Source: a virus. From it: a DNA stretch of 64,000 bases. Under the pieces are notes generated by a model, which saw only the letters and a program-made list of their open reading frames with translations, made no database searches and was not told the DNA's origin. Below, piece by piece: positions 25,191-32,261 of the stretch. The stretch covers positions 1-64,000 of IMG/VR virus record IMGVR_UViG_3300045747_000454, one strand, 5' to 3'. Position 1 is the first letter of the stretch, and every line of letters begins with the position of its first letter. Made by a program: the position numbers and the translations under genes.

Positions 25191-25850
25191 ATGACACATA
25201 TCAAATCACCGTTCATTGTCGTTGATGACTTCATCTCGCCGGCAAGCTGCGAACGCATCATCAAAGAGTATGGCATCACCGTCCCGTCCGTTGAGACGCT
25301 GGACGATGAGACCACTCGACCGCTGAAGCACTCGCGCATTCTACGCGACGGTGAATTCATGCTACTGCTCAAGGCAGCGGTGCAAGAACATCTTCAGACT
25401 ATACAAGAGCGCTACGGCGCCGACGTTGCTGGCATGGAGCCACCGGTCTTCTCACAGTACTTCGAGGATCAGAAGAATCCGTGCGAGCTGCACGGGTGCG
25501 AGAACGCGAAGTACGTGCGCAAGAAGTGGCTCAAGGTCAAGGACGTCGACCTCGTCGGCTACATCTGGCTGAAGGACTACAACAACGGCGTGCCGCTCGA
25601 CCCAAGCTACGAGGTCTACGGTGGCAAGCTCGAGTTTCCGGCCTTCAACTTCAGTCTCATTCCGCAGCGTGGAATGCTCGTGCTGTTTCCAGCCGGTCCG
25701 CACTTCATCACGGCAATCTCGCCAGTGATGCTCGGTACGCTTGAGCAGATCAAGATCACCATCAAGCTGCGCGTTGGCGAGGACGGCCTGTGGTTCTATC
25801 AACCAGCTGACTTTCCAGGTACGTATCAAGAATGGTTCGCCGAAGAATGA
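25191..25850 (+). CDS. 2OG-Fe(II) oxygenase/prolyl-hydroxylase-fold protein with degenerate active site
   Basis: VVDDFISPASCE, YGGKLEFP, PQRGMLVLFP jelly-roll motifs. Confidence 0.75.
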   Translation: MTHIKSPFIVVDDFISPASCERIIKEYGITVPSVETLDDETTRPLKHSRILRDGEFMLLLKAAVQEHLQTIQERYGADVAGMEPPVFSQYFEDQKNPCELHGCENAKYVRKKWLKVKDVDLVGYIWLKDYNNGVPLDPSYEVYGGKLEFPAFNFSLIPQRGMLVLFPAGPHFITAISPVMLGTLEQIKITIKLRVGEDGLWFYQPADFPGTYQEWFAEE

Positions 25851-26494
25851 AAGTTCAAGAGCTGCTCGCCGAGGAATCCCTTCACGACTACCTGATTCGG
25901 TTGGTCGACAAGGAGGGCATCACGAAGCTTGGTGGCGGCGCCTTCTCGCAGGTCTTTCAGCATCCGCAGTTCCACAACGTTGTGACGAAGGTCTACACGG
26001 CGAAGGACAAGAAGTACGCAGCGTACGCGGCGTGGTGTCAGGCGAATCAGAGCAATCCGTACGTCCCGCAGATCATCGAGCAGCTGCCGTTCACGCACGG
26101 CAAGCAGAAGTACATCATCCTCTTCATGGAGAAGATGACGCCAATCAAAGACGAGAGCCAGCTCTTTCGCGCTTGGGTTCGAGCGCTGAAGCTGCCGAAG
26201 GACGGTCCAGACAACGAAGAGATTCTAGATCACTTCTCGAACTACGTTGAGGACGATGACTCTGGCGAGCTCGCCAAGGGGTTGAAGCTTGCCTTCGGTC
26301 TTGGTTATGGTGACACGAACCTCGTCAAGATCTGGACTCACATTCTGACCTATGGGGTCAAGAACATTGACCTTCACAGTGGCAACGTGATGCTGCGCAA
26401 CAAGCAGCTCGTGTTCACCGACCCAGTCGCTGGAACTCCAGACTACAAGAACTGGATCGGCAAGATCTCTTCAAAGCCTGAAGAGGATCAGTAG
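25847..26494 (+). CDS. T7 gp0.7-like Ser/Thr protein kinase
   Basis: Gly loop LGGGAFSQV, VTKV, MEKM hinge, DLHSGNVM catalytic loop, FTDP. Confidence 0.85.
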   Translation: MKVQELLAEESLHDYLIRLVDKEGITKLGGGAFSQVFQHPQFHNVVTKVYTAKDKKYAAYAAWCQANQSNPYVPQIIEQLPFTHGKQKYIILFMEKMTPIKDESQLFRAWVRALKLPKDGPDNEEILDHFSNYVEDDDSGELAKGLKLAFGLGYGDTNLVKIWTHILTYGVKNIDLHSGNVMLRNKQLVFTDPVAGTPDYKNWIGKISSKPEEDQ

Positions 26495-27468
26495 GGTTGC
26501 CACGCTCCAGCGATAGCTGAATCGCCTACCCACTCGTAGATGGTGTTGTGCTCAGAGAGCCCACCGTCCTGCATCTCTCCATAGCTGACGTGAACGAGCG
26601 CTCGACAAGGTCCGGTGCGCTCTTTGTTCGGTGTGTCCGGTAGACCATCGCCGTTCTTGAGGCGAGTTGCCACGAAGGCGGTCAGCACTGAGTCGTCCAC
26701 CTTATCGTCCTGCTTGTCGTTCAGCTCGCCACGCGCAGGGGCGATGCCATTCCCAGATTCAGGTGTTGATGGCAGAGCTGTCCGTGGGATCATCTCCACC
26801 CAAGGGTCGTTATCATTGATTTGCGTTCGCAGGTCGTCGATGTCCCAGCCAACCGAGGTTGTTGTGGTGCCAGTTCCGCTGCCACTTGCGTCGGCGACGG
26901 GCGTCACCGTTTTGCTCAAAAGCGGATACATTCGAAAGCGCTGCTGAACGGAAATGACGTCAGGCGCAGCGAAATCCGCAGCACTTTTCGTGGTCTTAAG
27001 GGAGATCTCTCCCGGCACAAAAAACAAGCGGCCTGGCGTGAATGGCGAAGTAGTTGGCGTCGGCAGCGTGTATGGCTGCCCGATCCTCATCAAATTCCTT
27101 ATTTGCCAACTAATGCTATATTTCTGTGCGGATGGTGTGGGCGTTGTCAGCCCCTCAAATTGCCAGAGGTCCTGCGCTGTCCCAGACAGCTCGAACACGT
27201 CGAGAGCAGCCCCAACAACGTTCTCTGCTTCCTTGAGGTTGTGATTGGTGACGATGCAGTAGGCTTCGGCATCAACGGCTCCGGCTGGGTGAATCTCGAC
27301 AACCTCGATGGTGATGTTGTTGCCAGCCACGCCAGGATCGCGAGCGCGAAAGTAGGTTCCTCCAATCCAAAGGCGCGCCCGCCGACTAGAGCAGGTTCGG
27401 AGCTGAACTCGGGTCGTGAATAGGTTCGGCGGCTTGAAACCGTAGGTTGGGACGACGATGTTCTTCAT
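26488..27468 (-). CDS. hypothetical tail/baseplate-associated protein
   Basis: Coupled downstream of PAAR. Confidence 0.7.
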   Translation of the reverse strand: MKNIVVPTYGFKPPNLFTTRVQLRTCSSRRARLWIGGTYFRARDPGVAGNNITIEVVEIHPAGAVDAEAYCIVTNHNLKEAENVVGAALDVFELSGTAQDLWQFEGLTTPTPSAQKYSISWQIRNLMRIGQPYTLPTPTTSPFTPGRLFFVPGEISLKTTKSAADFAAPDVISVQQRFRMYPLLSKTVTPVADASGSGTGTTTTSVGWDIDDLRTQINDNDPWVEMIPRTALPSTPESGNGIAPARGELNDKQDDKVDDSVLTAFVATRLKNGDGLPDTPNKERTGPCRALVHVSYGEMQDGGLSEHNTIYEWVGDSAIAGAWQPY

Positions 27469-27791
27469 GGGCTGTCGAAGCTGACGCCACCCTCGGCTGA
27501 TGGCGTCGTGTCAGGCAGAACGATACCATCATGCCAGGCGGAGCCGCAGTTGTGAATGCGAATCTTCGTCTTGCCACGAATGGCGGCTGGTCGCCCATTG
27601 ACGAAGACGGTGACCTCCTTGGACACCACGAAGTACGTCGGCGGATAGCAGCCGTGCCCAGTGGTCTGCGGCAGATCATCAGTGGCGGCGCCGCCTACCG
27701 GCATGCCGTTGATGAAGACGTCCGACGACCCAGTCGCTACGTGATCACCACACGAGATTGGGTCGCCGATTCTTGCTACGTTGCCTGCCAT
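27465..27791 (-). CDS. PAAR-repeat spike tip protein (gp5.4-like)
   Basis: ARIGD..CG..VATGSSDVFING; VFVNGRPAA; metal-binding His/Cys; SD GGAGG; late promoter at 27823-27830. Confidence 0.92.
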   Translation of the reverse strand: MAGNVARIGDPISCGDHVATGSSDVFINGMPVGGAATDDLPQTTGHGCYPPTYFVVSKEVTVFVNGRPAAIRGKTKIRIHNCGSAWHDGIVLPDTTPSAEGGVSFDSP

Positions 27792-27792
27792 T

Positions 27793-27852
27793 TGTAACAG
27801 CCTCCTGTCGTTACGCTTTACCTATTTACAGAATGCAGGATCGGTGTATAAT
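27793..27852 (+). promoter_or_regulatory. putative early promoter with TGTAAC..GTTAC dyad
   Basis: TGTAAC 27793, CGTTAC 27809, TTTACA 27825, CAGGATCGGTGTATAAT (-10 at 27847-27852). Confidence 0.75.
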
Positions 27853-27878
27853 GGCTGCATGAACTTCGAAAGCCAATC

Positions 27879-28079
27879 GTGAATGCTCAAGAACTCCTGA
27901 TGGCCGCCTTTATGACCATGCTCACCGAGGATGAACAAAGCCTCCTCGCCGAACGCCTGGCCGACGGCGCCAACTTCCTCGATGCCGGCGAAGCCGAAGA
28001 GTGGCTCGTCAAGATCGCCGCTGGCCTTCGGTTCAGCGTCGACTACGGTGGCGACATTCCTCATCCTTGCCTGCGCTGA
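27879..28079 (+). CDS. small early hypothetical protein
   Basis: First full ORF after the early promoter; start uncertain. Confidence 0.6.
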   Translation: MNAQELLMAAFMTMLTEDEQSLLAERLADGANFLDAGEAEEWLVKIAAGLRFSVDYGGDIPHPCLR

Positions 28080-28086
28080 GGTCACC

Positions 28087-28365
28087 ATGTTCACCATCAT
28101 CGAGTTCGGCCTCTTCACCTACCTGCTCGAAGAGCTCGAGCGCAAGGGTTGGACCGTCAAGCGCGCCGCCAACCTGCCGCGTGATCCGACAGACACCAAG
28201 GAACCGCTCTACCACTACCTGATGCGACGCAATGGCGAGTTCGTCTACGAGCCGACGTACAGCTGCCCGATGCCGCACGTCTTCGAATCCGAGGACGCCG
28301 CCTCCAAGTTCGTCAATGCTCAACCCAACGAGCAACACCTTCAACCCATTCCCGAGGACATCTGA
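28087..28365 (+). CDS. small early hypothetical protein
   Basis: SD GAGG before ATG 28087. Confidence 0.7.
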   Translation: MFTIIEFGLFTYLLEELERKGWTVKRAANLPRDPTDTKEPLYHYLMRRNGEFVYEPTYSCPMPHVFESEDAASKFVNAQPNEQHLQPIPEDI

Positions 28366-28367
28366 AC

Positions 28368-28553
28368 ATGCCAACCACACTCTCGCTTCATCATCACGAT
28401 GAGGTCCTTCGAATCGTTAGCGCCGAGCATGTCTTCGTGGCGCGCAAGTCCGACGTTCTGATCGTCGACGGTCGTCGCATGGTCGTTCTCGAAGTTCAGG
28501 TCGAGTACGTCGACGACCGCACCTTCGTTCGCATCTACCTGTCGAGCTTCTGA
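28368..28553 (+). CDS. small early hypothetical protein
   Basis: SD GAGGA; TGATG coupling to the next ORF. Confidence 0.65.
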   Translation: MPTTLSLHHHDEVLRIVSAEHVFVARKSDVLIVDGRRMVVLEVQVEYVDDRTFVRIYLSSF

Positions 28554-28786
28554 TGCACACCCTCCTCATTCTCGACGTTCACACGCTCATCGGCACAGAC
28601 GCGCAGACCATCAGCGCCATTGCGACCAAGGCTGGCCTGAGCTGCGCCTTCTCGGCTGGATCGCAGCCGCAGGTCTTCGTGTTCGGCGATACCGACGGCG
28701 CGCTCGATGCTCTGTCGACGCTCAAGCAGCACGGCAAGGTTGCCTATCACGGCAAGGTCACGCCAACGGGATTGGCAACGACTTGA
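28553..28786 (+). CDS. small early hypothetical protein
   Basis: Coupled ORF; 3' end overlaps the convergent gene by 29 nt. Confidence 0.65.
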   Translation: MHTLLILDVHTLIGTDAQTISAIATKAGLSCAFSAGSQPQVFVFGDTDGALDALSTLKQHGKVAYHGKVTPTGLATT

Positions 28787-30380
28787 CGTAGGCCTGACGG
28801 TCAGTTGTTCGAGCAATCCAACCCTTCTGATAGGTCGGGTTCAATCCGCTGATGAATGCGAGCGCTGACTTGGTCAGCAGCTCGCACGCGGCGTCCTGCT
28901 CGGCCTTCGTGTTGTACGTACCCGTGAGCCCAGCGCCCTGACGAATCTTCTTGGCGTTGTTGGGTCCGTGCAGATAGTTCAAGTCGAACATCAGAATGGC
29001 GATCAAGGCTGGCTCGGTGTCAAGGTGATACAGCGTCCAGTAGTTCGACTTACCAAACGACTTGGCCTGATCGTAGGTCAGCGTCGTGACAACGATGTTC
29101 GGCTTGTTCGGGTTCTGCGCAACGCCGAACTTCGTCTCACCGCCTGGAAAGTTCGGGCCTGGCTTGTAACCACACTGCTTGCGATTGAGCGGCGTCTCGA
29201 TCTTGCCAGCATCTAGGTCCGCATCACCCGGCGACCACTGGGGTTGCGTCATCCAGTGCGGACCAACCTCGTGCTGCATCGTGAAGAACCACGCCTTCTC
29301 GAAGGCGTCTCCACTGGGGAGTGCCGGCGGCACGTAGGGCGGCGGTGGTGGGGCTGCAGCACCCGTCTCTGGATTGACATTGCCGGCTGGGCAGGGCGCT
29401 CCCTTGGCGGCGCTGTCTGGGGCGCTCACCGCGCTGCCACCACCAGCCTGCGTCTGAGCACCTTGTGGATCGCCGGTTGGCGTTGTCTCAGGTGCAGTTG
29501 TAACGCCCTCACGAATGTATGGGAGCGGGTCGACTGGCGTGCCGTTTGGCAGCCGAACTTCGAAGTGCAGGTGATTGCCAGTTGAGGAGCCCGTTGTGCC
29601 CTCATGTCCGATGCGGGTGCCGGCTGCAACCTTCTGGCCTGTGGTCACGAAGATGCGCGCCATGTGGCCATACGTCGTGCCGCACATGACCTCACCAGAC
29701 CCGTTGGCGTGTTGAATCTTGACGCAGTTGCCATAGCCAGAGGTGAGCGTTCCGCTGACGCCAGCGAACGTCACCGTGCCATCGGCAGCAGCGAGCACGT
29801 CGCCCGTGTGCCGATCAGTGTACTTCATGTCGACGCCGGTGTGCAGCTTCTGCGCCTTGGTGATTGGGTGAACGCGCGGTCCAAACTTGCTGTTGACGAT
29901 GGCGCCGGGCAACGGGTGAATCATCGTGATGCCGTTGGTGGCGGTGCCCTTCACCGGTGAGAAGCGAAACGTGCGCGAGTCGATCTCTGTACCAGCAGCG
30001 TCGAGCGCCGTGACCAGCACCTCGAATGGCTTGCCAAGATCAGCGTCATTGAACTTGCCCGTGAGGTGTCCGTTGGTGAAGACGATCGGAGCCGGCAGCG
30101 CTGGCGTTAGTGTCCAAGTGACTGCGACCTTCGTCGAGCCAGGCGTCAGCGTGAAGGTGGTGTCGAGACTGGCGTCTGACGCCTTGACGAAGATGCCGGT
30201 GTTGGCAATCTTGTCTGGCGGGTGTTCGGTCGCGTCATCCATCTTGCCGGTCTGATCGCCCATGCGCGCAGCGTAGCACTCAATGGATTCACCTGGCTGC
30301 ATTGCCGTCTCTGGGCCAGCGTTGGCGCCATCGGCACCTTCGCCGAGACTAATCTCTGGTGGTTCAGGACAGCAGCTCAC
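28758..30380 (-). CDS. multidomain peptidoglycan hydrolase: Ig-like + M23 endopeptidase + GH108-like lysozyme
   Basis: M23: HTGVD, GYGN, YGHM, STGNHLHFEV; GH108-like: HEVG..PGGETKFGVAQ, NYW, FDLNYLHG, KGWIAR. Confidence 0.85.
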   Translation of the reverse strand: MSCCPEPPEISLGEGADGANAGPETAMQPGESIECYAARMGDQTGKMDDATEHPPDKIANTGIFVKASDASLDTTFTLTPGSTKVAVTWTLTPALPAPIVFTNGHLTGKFNDADLGKPFEVLVTALDAAGTEIDSRTFRFSPVKGTATNGITMIHPLPGAIVNSKFGPRVHPITKAQKLHTGVDMKYTDRHTGDVLAAADGTVTFAGVSGTLTSGYGNCVKIQHANGSGEVMCGTTYGHMARIFVTTGQKVAAGTRIGHEGTTGSSTGNHLHFEVRLPNGTPVDPLPYIREGVTTAPETTPTGDPQGAQTQAGGGSAVSAPDSAAKGAPCPAGNVNPETGAAAPPPPPYVPPALPSGDAFEKAWFFTMQHEVGPHWMTQPQWSPGDADLDAGKIETPLNRKQCGYKPGPNFPGGETKFGVAQNPNKPNIVVTTLTYDQAKSFGKSNYWTLYHLDTEPALIAILMFDLNYLHGPNNAKKIRQGAGLTGTYNTKAEQDAACELLTKSALAFISGLNPTYQKGWIARTTDRQAYVKSLPIPLA

Positions 30381-30667
30381 TTAGATGCCGCCGATGCTGC
30401 TGGAGCTGGCGCCTCGTAGAACTTGACGAGCGTGGTGATCATTCCTTCAAGGCGATACTGCCGCTCTTCAGTCGCACGAATCCACTGAGCGAGATCTACT
30501 TGAGTAGCGCCAGAGGCAGGAATGTTCGGTGGATAGGGTGGCAGACGCTTCAGCTCAGCGGGAGCTGTGCGCACCACGTAGTGATACTCAGGCACGACGA
30601 TCTCCTTGGTTCGCACCATTGAGTCGCAGCCAACGAGCAGCAGGCAGAAGAGCAGCGCGTACCTCAT
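30377..30667 (-). CDS. o-spanin (outer-membrane lipoprotein)
   Basis: Lipobox LLVGC; Pro-rich segment; follows the i-spanin. Confidence 0.85.
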   Translation of the reverse strand: MRYALLFCLLLVGCDSMVRTKEIVVPEYHYVVRTAPAELKRLPPYPPNIPASGATQVDLAQWIRATEERQYRLEGMITTLVKFYEAPAPAASAASK

Positions 30668-31077
30668 GGCATCTCTCCGCGATTGGCCCGATCGACCTGA
30701 ATCTGATGGACCACCGCAGCAAGGACAGGGCTGAGCTCGACCTGATTCGCTGGGTCGTTGCGCTGAGCAGCAATGATGTCTCCAAGTCGCCCAATCGTCA
30801 CGGCATCCTTCTTGCGTTTTGCTTCGAGGCTGGCGACGGCTGCATCGGCTGAGACCTTCTCAGCTTGCAGATCGGCGATGGTCTGCGCGTTCATCGCTGC
30901 AATGCCAATCGCCTTGTCACGAGCGGAGATAGCTTCTTCCTTCTCAAGCACCGCTTGCGCTTGAGCGGCCTTCGACTTCTGCAGCTTCAGATACTGCAAC
31001 CCTCCCCAAGCGCCAATGCAGGCGATGGAGAGAGCAGCACAGATGGCTACGAGCTTCGTTGACAATAGCCCAAACAT
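30664..31077 (-). CDS. i-spanin
   Basis: N-terminal TM helix, Ala-rich coiled coil; SD AAGGAG. Confidence 0.85.
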   Translation of the reverse strand: MFGLLSTKLVAICAALSIACIGAWGGLQYLKLQKSKAAQAQAVLEKEEAISARDKAIGIAAMNAQTIADLQAEKVSADAAVASLEAKRKKDAVTIGRLGDIIAAQRNDPANQVELSPVLAAVVHQIQVDRANRGEMP

Positions 31078-31104
31078 GTTGGGTCTCCTTCTGCTGTGTT
31101 CGCG

Positions 31105-31320
31105 TCAGCTCAGGCGAACGATACCTGTCTGAGCTGACGTGAACGTGATGACCACTTGATTGTCTGATGTCACCTGAATCTTGAGAGGCAGAACTACCTC
31201 TGATTGTCCAGTGTGTGGAATGACAACATCAACGTTTGGCTTGCGGCCAAGGTTGTGGTTCACCGTCCAAGTGGAAGACGCTGAAGATTGCGTGTGGGTG
31301 TAGACTGGAATACCTACCAT
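31105..31320 (-). CDS. small virion protein, single HNL domain
   Basis: YTHTQSSASSTWTVNHNLG. Confidence 0.75.
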   Translation of the reverse strand: MVGIPVYTHTQSSASSTWTVNHNLGRKPNVDVVIPHTGQSEVVLPLKIQVTSDNQVVITFTSAQTGIVRLS

Positions 31321-31322
31321 GA

Positions 31323-31550
31323 TTACACCACCGATGCATAGCCGCTGAGCACTTCACCGAACGACACCGTGCAGGTGGTGTCGCTTACGTAGGTGACGGC
31401 TTGCGGAATGACCTTCTGCAGCTCACCATCAACCGTGACGTAGGCGTCAACGATTGGGTAGTCATGCAGATTGTGAATGATGGTCCACGTAGCCGCAGGA
31501 GTATCCTGCGTATGGTTGTAGACCGTGGCAATACGACGCGTGAGAGCCAT
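31323..31550 (-). CDS. small virion protein, single HNL domain
   Basis: YNHTQDTPAATWTIIHNL; SD AGGAG. Confidence 0.75.
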   Translation of the reverse strand: MALTRRIATVYNHTQDTPAATWTIIHNLHDYPIVDAYVTVDGELQKVIPQAVTYVSDTTCTVSFGEVLSGYASVV

Positions 31551-31559
31551 GATGACTCC

Positions 31560-32159
31560 TTACAGCAGGCGGGCGTAGCCGACCTGCGGTGTGGTGAAGG
31601 TGACCGTGACGCGATTGGCTGTGTCGTGAACGATTGACGATGGCTGAACTTCATTGAGGCCGATGAAGACGCGCACGATTGGGTGGTAGCCGAGATTGTG
31701 GTCAATGGTCCAAGTAGTCGAGGCTGAGCCTTGATTGAACGTGAACGCGTAGGCCGGCTTTGGATTGCCTTCAAACGAGCCAGTGACCACAACCGCCTTG
31801 CCAGCGACGGCGGAGTTGAAGTAGATCGTAGCGGTCGTTGGGGTCTGAACCAGAATTTCATCTGGCATAAGGACCTTGTTGTCTGTGCCATAGACCTGAA
31901 CATTGACCTCTGTCGTGTTGAGGTTGTGAGTGATGTTCCAAGTAGCTGAAGCACTACCTTGTGAGTGCGTGTACGACGTGATCTCACGCGTGAGTGGAAC
32001 CCAGACTGGGAGCGCTCCAGCGCCGACGCAGATGTAGACGATGCTATTCACGAAGGCCAGCTGTCCAACAACTGGCGCGTCTGGGAAATTGGTGAGAGTA
32101 CTCAGCGCAGCATTCTGCACCTCGTTCTGCTGTAGATTGGCGTGGCCGTAGAACTTCAT
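31560..32159 (-). CDS. virion protein with two HNL domains
   Basis: WNITHNLN and WTIDHNLG; late promoter at 32195-32202. Confidence 0.8.
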   Translation of the reverse strand: MKFYGHANLQQNEVQNAALSTLTNFPDAPVVGQLAFVNSIVYICVGAGALPVWVPLTREITSYTHSQGSASATWNITHNLNTTEVNVQVYGTDNKVLMPDEILVQTPTTATIYFNSAVAGKAVVVTGSFEGNPKPAYAFTFNQGSASTTWTIDHNLGYHPIVRVFIGLNEVQPSSIVHDTANRVTVTFTTPQVGYARLL

Positions 32160-32210
32160 TTGAGTGTCCCTTTACTGTTGTGAGCTGTTGCCTCTATTTA
32201 TGGGCGGGCA

Positions 32211-32240
32211 ACAAAAAAGGGCGGCTTGCGCCGCCCTTTC
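32211..32240 (-). terminator. Rho-independent terminator
   Basis: On the - strand GGGCGGC-gcaa-GCCGCCC followed by TTTTTT, downstream of the fibre gene. Confidence 0.9.
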
Positions 32241-32261
32241 GGGATTTACCTCAGGGAGGTG

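Noticed and set aside
27000-27013. Palindrome GGGAGA-TC-TCTCCC
   Set aside because: Short, intragenic and single-copy; compatible with chance.
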